Part shown: positions 19,285 to 28,706 of the stretch, in pieces
Numbering within the stretch: the first letter of the stretch is position 1
Layout: each line of letters begins with the position of its first letter
Source of the DNA: a virus
Taxonomy: Duplodnaviria > Caudoviricetes
Virus record (IMG/VR): IMGVR_UViG_3300021256_002372
Location: 1 to 64,000 of that record
Length of the DNA: 64,000 nucleotides
Direction: 5' to 3' (one strand)
Made by a program: the position numbers and the translations under genes
Notes under the pieces: generated by a model
The model's input: only the letters and a program-made list of their open reading frames with translations
Database searches by the model: none
Told to the model about the DNA's origin: nothing

Positions 19285-20655
19285 TTACTCCAGCGTGTCT
19301 TTTGTTTTGTTCTGATCGGTCTGATTCAGATATTCGTCAATCGTCGCTCTGGCTCTCTCCAGTTCCGCGATCTCCTCTTTGCAGGATTTGTATTCCTCGT
19401 TGAGCTGCAGGCGCTGCTCAGTCAGCTTCGCGCGCTCCTGTTCCAGCCGTTCGATTTTCGGCACAGAATGCGTCGGAAAACGCTCCTGCATCTGCTTTTC
19501 CGCAGCGTCATACTGCCGCAGTTCCTCCGCGTGTTCGGCAGCGTATTTCTTGCGGAAAGTCGCCGTGAAGGAAGCCTCATAGACCGGACGCAGTTTGCGG
19601 TATCGCCGGATGAGTGCAATGTCATCCGATACGCCGTCGATCTTCTGCTGGGTGGCATTCAGATCCGCAACCAGTTTCATGCGGCGGTCGAACTCATGCA
19701 CAGCGCGGTCGTTCAGATCGTCGGGGGACGTCAGACCGTGCGCGGTCAGGAAGTTTATCATGCGGGATGCTTCCTGCATATTGCGCAGCATCGCCCAGCG
19801 TTCCAGCCCCGGCGCTTCGGCAAAGCGCGGCTGCGCGGTGTCGATGAGTTTGGTCTTCGGCTCATAGCTGATCTCTCCGCGGATGAATGCGGCATAGTTT
19901 TCGATGCGCTTTTCAATCTGTTCCGGTTCGTAATACCAGCCGAGTGTCCGGGCGCGCGTCCACTTCTCCTGACCGGCTTCGGTCAGACGGAATTTCAGCG
20001 AAATGCGGTGATCCGGACGGTACTGAAATTCGATGTTCCGCCTGCGGCATTCCTCCCAGAAATCCGCCATACTGCCGCTGGACATGATCGCTTCGTCGAT
20101 GCCGTGCCGCAGCCGCTTTTTCCACGACGAGCCCTGCTGATCGTGCTGCCATTCATACCAGCTCTTGCCTTTCCGCTGATCCGGATTCGGTATCACATAG
20201 AGCTGCTGCTCACGGCAGATTTCGTCACTGATCTGCTGCAAAACCTTCCATGCGTGCTTGCCCCGGTTCTCGTTGCTGTTGAATGTCATGTGATTATCGA
20301 AACTGACGTTGTTGAAGATCAGGTGATTGTGGATGTGATGCTTGTCCACATGGGTCGCAAGCACATACTGGTATTGCCCTTTCAGGAATCGCTCTGCAAG
20401 TCTGATCCCGATTTCATGTGCCTGCTCCGGTGTGGTTTCCTCCGGAAGAAAGGACTGGATCAGATGCTGCGCAAGAACGGAGCCGTTTCGCGTTCCGAGC
20501 CGCCGCACGACGGCAAAATCCTCTGCGGCGTGTTCATCATCGCTGCACAGAAAGCTCGATACCAGAATCTGATCTTCGGTCTTGTCCGGATTGACGATGT
20601 AGCGGATCGCTTTCTCTACGGTTGATTTGATAGCATGGTATTGAGTGACTGCCAA
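19285..20655 (-). CDS. Relaxase (MOBP-type relaxase/mobilisation nuclease)
   Basis: YIVNPDKT, HLIQSF, THVDKHHIHNH HUH motif, coiled-coil C-terminus. Confidence 0.92.
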   Translation of the reverse strand: MAVTQYHAIKSTVEKAIRYIVNPDKTEDQILVSSFLCSDDEHAAEDFAVVRRLGTRNGSVLAQHLIQSFLPEETTPEQAHEIGIRLAERFLKGQYQYVLATHVDKHHIHNHLIFNNVSFDNHMTFNSNENRGKHAWKVLQQISDEICREQQLYVIPNPDQRKGKSWYEWQHDQQGSSWKKRLRHGIDEAIMSSGSMADFWEECRRRNIEFQYRPDHRISLKFRLTEAGQEKWTRARTLGWYYEPEQIEKRIENYAAFIRGEISYEPKTKLIDTAQPRFAEAPGLERWAMLRNMQEASRMINFLTAHGLTSPDDLNDRAVHEFDRRMKLVADLNATQQKIDGVSDDIALIRRYRKLRPVYEASFTATFRKKYAAEHAEELRQYDAAEKQMQERFPTHSVPKIERLEQERAKLTEQRLQLNEEYKSCKEEIAELERARATIDEYLNQTDQNKTKDTLE

Positions 20656-20963
20656 ATTTCGTTCAGCTCCTTCCGTGCTTCCTCAATCGTTTTCCGGTCA
20701 TCTTCGTAATACTGATTCGTGGCGTTCAGACGCTTCGCAATCTGGTTCAGGCTGCCGCGGATGCCGGCAATGTCCGTGATGATTTTTTTCAGAGAATCTT
20801 TGTCCAGAATCCGGATTTCCTTGCTGATCGAAGCGTAGCGGATGTATGCGCTGAGACTTCTCGCGCCCATAAATTTCTGACGGTATTCGAGGTAATCACG
20901 TTCGTCCTCTGTCAGCCGGACTTTGACATTGACGCTGCGGTTCTTTTTTGGAATTTCGTCCAT
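20616..20963 (-). CDS. mobC: MobC relaxosome accessory protein
   Basis: RHH N-terminus, LNQIAKRLN motif, overlaps relaxase start. Confidence 0.9.
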   Translation of the reverse strand: MDEIPKKNRSVNVKVRLTEDERDYLEYRQKFMGARSLSAYIRYASISKEIRILDKDSLKKIITDIAGIRGSLNQIAKRLNATNQYYEDDRKTIEEARKELNEIWQSLNTMLSNQP

Positions 20964-21039
20964 CGGGTATCACTCCGTTTCTGAAAAAATTTGCTGCTTC
21001 GCTCCGCGATTTTTTTGCGGTTTCCGCAATTCGTCATCC

Positions 21040-21130
21040 GGGGGTCTTAGGGGGCGGACGCCCCTCTAACAAGCAGCCGATTTTTGCAAATCGGGCAGTT
21101 TGTCCCACAAACTGCATTGCTTGCTATTCC
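21040..21130. promoter_or_regulatory. Candidate oriT
   Basis: Clustered inverted repeats (ttagggggcg/cgcccctctaa; ccgattt/aaatcgg; gcagtttgt/acaaactgc) directly upstream of mobC. Confidence 0.5.
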
Positions 21131-21464
21131 AGCGATGCCCGCTCCGCGGTCATCGGCGGCTGTTCCGATTTTTTCAGAAATCGGATTCGGCGGATGCCGG
21201 TTTTTCTTCCGGAAAATGAAATCAGGAGATTGCTTTTCCGTGAGAGATTTCTGCCGCCTGAGTGGCTGCATACCCGCCGGATTCGCTGACGAGCGGGATG
21301 GTTGCTGCCCTTCCTTCCGGATTTTTCATATCATACACGATTTTTTCTTTTTTGTCAACCCGGCGTCTGAAAATCATTGCTGATATTCGGTTCCCGATGC
21401 CGGCTGACAAGGAAAAGATTTATAGTTTGTTCATAATTATTTCTCCAAAAATGAAAAAATCCTC

Positions 21465-21678
<214 letters not shown>

Positions 21679-21805
21679 ACAGCGTATAGGATACAAACAA
21701 ATAAAAGGTCAACTGCCGAAATATCGCAGAATTGCGAGAAATCCGGTAGTTGACCTTGCTTTGTTATTGGAAGTATCCGTTTTGGATGCTGATAGGTTTT
21801 CTCTC

Positions 21806-22036
21806 ACCTTCAAATGAAAGATTTTCCACGAACAACACTATGCAAATGAAAGGTAAGGCTTTTGTTTGAAGGTGTAACCACCAATCATTTTCTTAGTGCT
21901 GTTTGTGAAATAAATGCCGTAGATACGAGAAAAATAAGATGTTAGTTTCGTTACAGAGTTAATCCCAAGTTTTCCACAAACAACACTATGCAAATGAAAG
22001 GTGGGCTTTCATTTGAAAGTGCGAGCTTTCGTTTGA
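21806..22036. repeat. Two ~50-bp direct repeats and six CAAAYGAAAG-like boxes in both orientations near the element end
   Basis: tttccac(g/a)aacaacactatgcaaatgaaaggt at ~21823 and ~21971; boxes at 21810, 21842, 21859, 21990, 22006, 22026. Confidence 0.7.
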
Positions 22037-22066
22037 GGGTAACGATAATTCTTTAGTAATTACTCC

Positions 22067-23113
22067 TCAATTACTCTCGTTTATGTATTCGTGAATCTTA
22101 TTGTAGTAGTCTTCAACTGCTGATGCAGCATACTCACGCGCATCTTCTTCACATGCCTGCTCATAATAACCGCAAAAGTCCTCAGTTCCGGTTATGTAAT
22201 CTGCAAATTCGACCTCATATTTCTTTACTCTTCGGTATACTTTAAGATCTCTGTACTGATCATCACAAGAGTTATACATATCTACAAGGCAATGCTGATA
22301 TGCATGATATGCCTCATGACATACGGTATCCACCACTTCACATGGGGCGTCATACATCAGACTTTTAACACTGACTGAGATAGTGTGTGATCTGTCCGAA
22401 TAATTACCAAGAATAGTGTCTCTCTCCATATCTGTAGCCACAACATTCAGCTCATGTGGAAGCCCAAGGTATCTGCATTCAATATTGGCTATGGTTTGTA
22501 GCACATCGAGTTTCTCCTCAAATGTTAGGCTGAACCACTCGCTGTTATCTAGCCTCGATAGGCAATCTATGTTATTGGCTATAGTTGCTTCTTGGCTGAC
22601 ACTCGGTATTGTCGACTTTGCTTGTGAAACACCTGACGTGACCGTAACACTAACACACGGAACAAGCATTAATATTGCCATTCCGAGCGCAAGAAAGGCT
22701 TGGCTTCCCCTTACGAATGTGAACACTCTCTTAGGAATCATCTTGTAAGCTGATACCCCTTCTCGCCTATAAGTAATCAAATAAGTGGCGTATAGTCCAA
22801 CCGAAACACTCAAAAGTGCAACGATAGTGAGAATCAATGATTTCAATATTGGAAAATATGAAACTAAAGTGTATAAGCCATAACCTGCTACAATATTCAT
22901 AACAATACTGACAGTATTCATTCTTGTCTTTTTTTGAGTAGAATAGCCAACTGCCAAACTTACAATGAGTAATAATAGCAGTAGCAACATAGATTTTGCG
23001 AACGAAAGCCCTTCGATACTTCTGAACAGCAATGCCTTATACCAAAACCAAGCGATGAAGTACCCATAAATATTGGTAAAGATAAATCCAGAAGCACTAT
23101 ATGTGTTTTTCAT
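22067..23113 (-). CDS. Polytopic membrane protein with C-terminal HEXXH zinc-peptidase domain
   Basis: About 5 TM helices; CHEAYHAYQH and E.DAR motifs; RBS gaggag. Confidence 0.75.
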   Translation of the reverse strand: MKNTYSASGFIFTNIYGYFIAWFWYKALLFRSIEGLSFAKSMLLLLLLLIVSLAVGYSTQKKTRMNTVSIVMNIVAGYGLYTLVSYFPILKSLILTIVALLSVSVGLYATYLITYRREGVSAYKMIPKRVFTFVRGSQAFLALGMAILMLVPCVSVTVTSGVSQAKSTIPSVSQEATIANNIDCLSRLDNSEWFSLTFEEKLDVLQTIANIECRYLGLPHELNVVATDMERDTILGNYSDRSHTISVSVKSLMYDAPCEVVDTVCHEAYHAYQHCLVDMYNSCDDQYRDLKVYRRVKKYEVEFADYITGTEDFCGYYEQACEEDAREYAASAVEDYYNKIHEYINESN

Positions 23114-23163
23114 AGAAAGCCACTCCTCTTCACACATAGAGTCGAAATCAAACCAGCAGGTCA

Positions 23164-23331
23164 TCAGAGATCATCTGACACACCATATTTCGGATGGCGT
23201 TTATACGCTTTCTTACTTGTATCAGCGATATGAGTAACAGGATTGACCACTTGCCAAGTAGTACGCTTCTTCTTGTTCAGCTCACGCTTCGCTTTTTTGC
23301 TCATCTTTTCATACGGTACAAACTCATTCAT
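23164..23331 (-). CDS. Small basic hypothetical protein
   Basis: FVPYEKMSKKAKRELN...W..NPVT...KAY.R; RBS aaggag; own promoter. Confidence 0.7.
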   Translation of the reverse strand: MNEFVPYEKMSKKAKRELNKKKRTTWQVVNPVTHIADTSKKAYKRHPKYGVSDDL

Positions 23332-23361
23332 ACTTGTCACTCCTTTGTTTTCAATAATTTG

Positions 23362-23412
23362 ATTATACCATACAAAACCTGAATACTCATCATCTATGTC
23401 ATAAACAAAGAT
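23362..23412 (-). promoter_or_regulatory. Regulon promoter A (shared upstream motif + extended -10)
   Basis: ATCTTTGTTTATGACATAGA-25 bp-TATAAT (TGg). Confidence 0.65.
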
Positions 23413-23419
23413 AAAAATT

Positions 23420-23442
23420 GGGCGGCCAGTTCTTGACCGCCC
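23420..23442 (-). terminator. Intrinsic terminator
   Basis: gggcgg/ccgccc stem, T tract on minus strand. Confidence 0.6.
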
Positions 23443-23460
23443 TAACCATATCACCCCCAA

Positions 23461-23922
23461 TTACACCCAGCAGTTCGATCCGCCATCGATGGACCAGTAA
23501 ACGCACTTGCCAGCGTTGGTGAAGTTCCATCCCGGATTCCACGACTTATGGATTCTGACTTTCACCTTATAGGTGCTGTAGCCCTTGGGAAGAGTAAACG
23601 TTCCCCTGGATTTATCATTGTAGGTGCCAATGTATCTGCCATCACCGTACACCTCATAGTCGAACTTGCCGTAGGTCCAGTGTCCGACAACGTCAAAAGT
23701 GCAGATTTTGATTTTGCATTTCTTGTTTGTATTGTTCGAGTGGATAGTTGTCTCTCCTGTCCAGTTATAACCGTTGAAGCACCCCCTCACAACTCCGTTC
23801 GCCGCCTCAGCAACGATAGCTGTGCTGCTGCCGTTGGTAAAGGGGAAAGCCTGTGTTGCGGTTCCCACAGTCAGGGTAAGTGCCATCATAACGCCCATAA
23901 TAATCTTTGTGATTTTTTTCAT
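23461..23922 (-). CDS. Secreted protein (153 aa, beta-rich, basic)
   Basis: Signal peptide MKKITKII...AEA. Confidence 0.75.
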   Translation of the reverse strand: MKKITKIIMGVMMALTLTVGTATQAFPFTNGSSTAIVAEAANGVVRGCFNGYNWTGETTIHSNNTNKKCKIKICTFDVVGHWTYGKFDYEVYGDGRYIGTYNDKSRGTFTLPKGYSTYKVKVRIHKSWNPGWNFTNAGKCVYWSIDGGSNCWV

Positions 23923-23940
23923 AATATCAACCCTTTCATT

Positions 23941-24123
23941 TTATAGCCTTAGATTATTGTCTGCTTGATTGAATGTATTTATCACACAATCATATCTACC
24001 ATCACCCTTTCGAGAGCAGTCCTCTGGTTGTACGGATGTTATCATTCCGTATCTTATGTATAAATCATACCACAATATCAAGTTGGATGCATCATCCATG
24101 TCGTAAAAAAGTTCATTCTTCAT
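23941..24123 (-). CDS. Small hypothetical protein
   Basis: Overlaps upstream gene end and fills the operon. Confidence 0.4.
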   Translation of the reverse strand: MKNELFYDMDDASNLILWYDLYIRYGMITSVQPEDCSRKGDGRYDCVINTFNQADNNLRL

Positions 24124-24310
24124 CAGAGGAGCCAAATAATTCATCAAATTTCGCTTCAAGCTCGGCCTGTATTCTTGCTTCATCGGATTCGCTCGTAATC
24201 TCGCAGGGAACGACCTTGAACATGTTTTTTTTACTCTTATCGTCCCTTATTACCGTCTTACGAAGTTCGTCCACAAACCTCTGATGACGTTTCTTGAAAC
24301 TTATGTTCAT
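24113..24310 (-). CDS. Small hypothetical protein (65 aa)
   Basis: Coupled to the VirD4-like gene; RBS aggag. Confidence 0.55.
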   Translation of the reverse strand: MNISFKKRHQRFVDELRKTVIRDDKSKKNMFKVVPCEITSESDEARIQAELEAKFDELFGSSDEE

Positions 24311-24312
24311 TG

Positions 24313-25575
24313 TTATCTCATCTCCTTCTTTTTATCACCCTGCAGCATCATCAACTCGATATATTTCCTATCATGGAATGTATCATACCGCTCGGTAAAT
24401 ATAGGACGTGATCCACGCCTAAAGCATATAAGAGAGCCAACAGGCTGCCATAATACCTCATCAACAGGAATATTTGCTTTCAGTGATACAAGTTTGGCGG
24501 TTTCATACTCATTACAGCCTAAGAAAATTGTGGTGTCAATATTATTCATTATTGTCTTACTGCCGAATTCACCATATGCCTCAACTAACTGCGATTCGCT
24601 CTGAAGCAAAAGTAAGAAATCCATGTTTGCCTCTCTTACTATGCTTGTGTATTCAGCAAAATCCTTTACCGCGACACCTCCGACAGCAAAGTCATCATAA
24701 CACATGCTTACTCGAACAGGGAGTCTATATCCCGGACTATGCTGCGCCTTGGTAAATAGCGAACGAAATATTTGACCATAGAACAGATTTACAAATGTAT
24801 ATAAAGCTGTATTCATAGCAGATGTGGTGATGAATAAGGCTGTTCGCTCTTCTCCAATCTTCTCAATATCTATGCACTTCTTCTTACTGATTTGGTTTCT
24901 AAGCCCCGATGTGAAGATTGTAGAAAGCATCGTTTGAAGACTTGATATGATACATGAAGCTGTCTTGGTCGAGTCTAAGGTGCTGAATACAAGCCAATTA
25001 TTTGCACAAAAACCGTGGGGGTCTCTTTCAACAATAAGATCGAACTTGTCATCAAGAGTTGTTTCGATATGACTACAACCGGGTTTTATACGAAGAAGGT
25101 CAGCATTCCGCAGCACATCGTCCATTGTAGCATCTTCTTCAAAGATCATCGTCATGCTAATTAAAGCATTTAACAGATTGATGCTAGTCGAGTCCCAATA
25201 GGGATCCGCCTTGGAGGTCGCTTTGCGGCTGTCACTCATTACCAGCGCTGTAGAAAGATGAGCAATATCCTCTGTTGAACAGATATATGCAATCGGATCA
25301 TAACACATCTCGCTTTTTTCAGGCTGTTCAAAATTCATATCAATAACATTATATCCCATCTTCTTATAATAAGGAATAAACTGGTCTGCAACTCGCCGCT
25401 TACTAAGAGAGCAGATTACAGAACTCTCATGTGTATGGAGTAAGAAAGGAACAATTATACTAACACTCTTACCCGCGCCGGATGATCCGATCACAAGGGA
25501 GTTATTGTTCAGCCCAGTCTCATCTGGATTCCTACTGAAGATCGCATCTTTGCCTGCTATCATCTTTTCACTCAT
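24313..25575 (-). CDS. VirD4/TraG-like P-loop ATPase lacking an N-terminal TM anchor
   Basis: N.LVIGSSGAGKS, YDPI, DPYW, DDF Walker B, LQSESQL..YG. Confidence 0.85.
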   Translation of the reverse strand: MSEKMIAGKDAIFSRNPDETGLNNNSLVIGSSGAGKSVSIIVPFLLHTHESSVICSLSKRRVADQFIPYYKKMGYNVIDMNFEQPEKSEMCYDPIAYICSTEDIAHLSTALVMSDSRKATSKADPYWDSTSINLLNALISMTMIFEEDATMDDVLRNADLLRIKPGCSHIETTLDDKFDLIVERDPHGFCANNWLVFSTLDSTKTASCIISSLQTMLSTIFTSGLRNQISKKKCIDIEKIGEERTALFITTSAMNTALYTFVNLFYGQIFRSLFTKAQHSPGYRLPVRVSMCYDDFAVGGVAVKDFAEYTSIVREANMDFLLLLQSESQLVEAYGEFGSKTIMNNIDTTIFLGCNEYETAKLVSLKANIPVDEVLWQPVGSLICFRRGSRPIFTERYDTFHDRKYIELMMLQGDKKKEMR

Positions 25576-26171
25576 TATCGTTCGCCCTTTCTGATAAGAT
25601 CCTTCATATCGGCAATTCCATCTGCCAATCCAAAACTGATGGCTTCTGTTGCATTGAAGTATGTGTCCGTTCGAGTGACCGACTCGATCTCATCTACGCT
25701 CTTGCCGGTACACATAGAGAGAATATCATTAATGACTCTGGATGTCGATATAAGCGAGTCGGAAACTGCTTTGATCATTGAAACATTGCCTTCAATTCTC
25801 GTTGCCGAGACAAGAGGCTGATGAATCATTAGCTCTGCATGCTTAAGCATATAGCGTTTAGAGCCGGCAGAGAATAAGAGGGCTGCCATGCTGAACGCTC
25901 TTGACAGACACCAAGTTCGGATTTCCAACCCTGAGCCCTCCATTGCGTCGAGAATTAATAATCCGGCATCGACTGCTCCACCGTTACTGTTTATCACGAT
26001 GTCAACAGGAAGATTGTGGTCTTCCGCAGCAAGAAACAAAAGCGACTTGCAAGTCTCAACTGCTGTATCCTGTGTGATCTCACCTTCGATAAAGATGATT
26101 CGCTTCGTCAGCAGATTGCATTCAATCGGCATAGTGCTGTAGCCTGTTGCGCTTTTCATAGGAACATTCAT
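25575..26171 (-). CDS. clpP: Accessory ClpP-family serine protease
   Basis: RIIFIEGEI, INSNGG, AFSMAA (Ser), IHQP (His), RTDTYF (Asp), A..FGLAD. Confidence 0.9.
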   Translation of the reverse strand: MNVPMKSATGYSTMPIECNLLTKRIIFIEGEITQDTAVETCKSLLFLAAEDHNLPVDIVINSNGGAVDAGLLILDAMEGSGLEIRTWCLSRAFSMAALLFSAGSKRYMLKHAELMIHQPLVSATRIEGNVSMIKAVSDSLISTSRVINDILSMCTGKSVDEIESVTRTDTYFNATEAISFGLADGIADMKDLIRKGER

Positions 26172-26195
26172 GATCTAGTCCTCCCATTCTTTTTA

Positions 26196-27110
26196 TCAGG
26201 AAACAAGCCTTTCGGCTGTTTCAATCTCACGAGAAATCTCAAGAATACTCTTCAAGGCAGTTTCAGGAGACATCCTTTCTGTACGCTCTATCGCAGTCAT
26301 TTTCCGAATCATATTTGCTATCCTGCAGTCAAGGCAACTCGTCAGCTTATTGATGTCGCAGAGCTCTATGCTGGAGAGCTTGTCTTCAGAAGCTAAGAGA
26401 GGGTTGACTCCTGTAAACAGCCAGCAGATTACTAATCCCATCTGAAAAGCATCTGATTCCATATAGAAGCGGTTCGTCTCCTTTTTTGCATAGGCAACCA
26501 GTTCAGGGGTTCGGTAATGTCTTGGCATCGACGCACTGGCATGAAGTATATCTTCACTCCGTTCCGTATCAGAACAGCAAAGGCTCTTGATAAGACCAAA
26601 ATCACCAAGAACGATTCGTGTTCCGTCAGTGAAAATGTTCTGTGGTTTAATATCTCTATGAACAACACTCTGTTCCTTTAACTGCGATAATGCCATCAAC
26701 AGCATGTGTGTAAACCGAACCTTCTGCTCATACGAAACGACACGAGCAGACATAAAGCTGTCAAGTGTATGCGGATAATACGGAGTCACAACAAAAGAGT
26801 AGCTTCTGTTGGCAATACGCATTTCACCTGAGTCAATATAGGAAAGCAGATACTGAGAAGTTTGGCGCTTGAGAAAAGACTGTTCTCTCTGGAAACGCTT
26901 CATTCTTTTATCAAGAAGATTATACTGGATTTTGAGTGCGTAGTATGAATGGTCGTGCAGTAAGTCATTGCGTTCCACTTTGAACACAGCACCATTCTTG
27001 CCGGTATTGATAAAACCGATGATCCGGTATGAAGAACCGCTATTCGTACTCAGAACATCACCAACCTTCAGAGCGTGTCCGAAGATATTGTTCGTGTTAG
27101 CACTTTTCAT
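26196..27110 (-). CDS. Hanks-type Ser/Thr protein kinase (cytoplasmic)
   Basis: GKNGAVF, ALK, HRDIKPQN, DFG, YRTPE. Confidence 0.9.
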   Translation of the reverse strand: MKSANTNNIFGHALKVGDVLSTNSGSSYRIIGFINTGKNGAVFKVERNDLLHDHSYYALKIQYNLLDKRMKRFQREQSFLKRQTSQYLLSYIDSGEMRIANRSYSFVVTPYYPHTLDSFMSARVVSYEQKVRFTHMLLMALSQLKEQSVVHRDIKPQNIFTDGTRIVLGDFGLIKSLCCSDTERSEDILHASASMPRHYRTPELVAYAKKETNRFYMESDAFQMGLVICWLFTGVNPLLASEDKLSSIELCDINKLTSCLDCRIANMIRKMTAIERTERMSPETALKSILEISREIETAERLVS

Positions 27111-27117
27111 GATTTCC

Positions 27118-28158
27118 CTACCTTTCTTTAGACATACTTATTTTTTCAAGCAAAGAATGTATTTCTTCTTCAGTGATATGTCCCGTAGTTGCAATTTGGC
27201 TTACGCAGCACGCCGCAACAATGTTCCCGAAGATGAGTGAAGATTCTTCGGAGATTCCAGCCAGTTTCGCTGATATATATCCTGAAGTAAACGCATCACC
27301 TGCGCCACGCGAGTCGGTTTCGCTATGATGGCATATGGCGGGTGCACCCAAGAGCTCTCCTCCAATTCCAGCTACTGTTCCAGCCTCACCTAGCGTAACG
27401 ATTACAGGAGCAGACGAATTCCTTGACATCTCTGCACAAAAGACCGGGAGAAGTCTCTTGCTGAGCGAGAACGCTCTCATAAACTCATTTTCATTGCATT
27501 TCCGGATAGCTCTATTATCAACATCAGCAATATGCTTGCGAGAGTCGATATAGATAAGCAGCTCAGGATACTTGTCTGCAAGTACAGCAATATGCTGTCT
27601 CATACGATGTGTAACGACACCGCAGTCCACAGAATCAAGCTGGTCAAGGAAGATAATTGCATCAGGTTTTTCTAATTCTACAAGATCATCTATAGCCAAG
27701 ATGAGTTTTTCTTCATCACAAACGCTTGTACGCTGAAAATTCTGCACAGATGCTTCGCCATCTTCGACATAGCCGTTTCCGCAGTCTCTCATAATCATGG
27801 TGTAACTGGGAGTGCTAAAGTGCTCCAGTACAAACAGATTATCTGTGTTGATACCGAGCTTACGGAGATCATGCTCTAAATTGAATCCATCGCCGTCATC
27901 ACCGCGATACCCTACGGCATAGATGCTACCAATTCCAAGATTGGCAAGATTCTTTGCCACAGTGCCAGCAGCACCAGGACTCGTTCTTGTAGCTCGGATT
28001 ACATATGCGGGTTTGCCTGTATACAGCGATGCACCAGTGTCAGAATCCTTCATATATACATACTTGTCCAGGAAATAGTCACCAACGACAACGACCTTCT
28101 TGCCTGCGTTTGATGAATTGATGTTCTTGCAGATATCGAGCATTTCTGTATACTTCAT
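27118..28158 (-). CDS. PfkB-family carbohydrate kinase (HldE/RfaE kinase-like)
   Basis: VVGDYFLDKY, PGAAGTVA.NL, TLGEAG, DSRGAGDAF. Confidence 0.88.
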   Translation of the reverse strand: MKYTEMLDICKNINSSNAGKKVVVVGDYFLDKYVYMKDSDTGASLYTGKPAYVIRATRTSPGAAGTVAKNLANLGIGSIYAVGYRGDDGDGFNLEHDLRKLGINTDNLFVLEHFSTPSYTMIMRDCGNGYVEDGEASVQNFQRTSVCDEEKLILAIDDLVELEKPDAIIFLDQLDSVDCGVVTHRMRQHIAVLADKYPELLIYIDSRKHIADVDNRAIRKCNENEFMRAFSLSKRLLPVFCAEMSRNSSAPVIVTLGEAGTVAGIGGELLGAPAICHHSETDSRGAGDAFTSGYISAKLAGISEESSLIFGNIVAACCVSQIATTGHITEEEIHSLLEKISMSKER

Positions 28159-28202
28159 AAAGCAATCCTCCTTATTCTATGCCGACTTACGATTACTTGT
28201 GG

Positions 28203-28535
28203 TTATGCTATCTCGTAATCGTACTCCTCAACTGCCTTGATTTTGCGCTCACTTCTCTTTCTTTTCCTTGAAGCTGTAAGGTCGATTCCGTTTTCCTCCG
28301 ACATGTACTTGAACATTCGGAGGATTCTTTCGTTGAGTTTCTGCTGACGAAAGACCGCAGTCTTGCTGTATGCATCTTCCATTCTTCTGCCAGTATGGTA
28401 AAGAGCATAGATTTCTTTGGAGTAGTAGTTCGTTGTAAACAGGTACAGATCGTACTCGTTGTTGATGCGCAGGTAGAACTCCATCTTCCCGTGTTCATTG
28501 TTCTGGCAGAATACCATAGCGTTCATCTTTTTCAT
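28203..28535 (-). CDS. Hypothetical protein (110 aa)
   Basis: RBS aggaggag; first gene after promoter C. Confidence 0.75.
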   Translation of the reverse strand: MKKMNAMVFCQNNEHGKMEFYLRINNEYDLYLFTTNYYSKEIYALYHTGRRMEDAYSKTAVFRQQKLNERILRMFKYMSEENGIDLTASRKRKRSERKIKAVEEYDYEIA

Positions 28536-28586
28536 GGTTGCTCCTCCTATATCTGTTCCATTGGGTGTCGGTTACCTTCTATATAT

Positions 28587-28637
28587 ATTAAACCACTTTT
28601 TCGCTTTGTTCTCAATTTCTATATAGTATAAAAAGAT
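28587..28637 (-). promoter_or_regulatory. Regulon promoter C
   Basis: ATCTTTTTATACTATATAGA-25 bp-TTTAAT (TGg); -35 TTGAGA. Confidence 0.6.
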
Positions 28638-28638
28638 G

Positions 28639-28682
28639 AAAAGCACAGACACGGGTTATTACTGCCCTCTGTCTGTGCTTTT
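28639..28682. terminator. Intrinsic terminator
   Basis: aaaagcacagac/gtctgtgctttt. Confidence 0.7.
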
Positions 28683-28706
28683 ATGAGAAATAGGATTTGT
28701 TATCGT

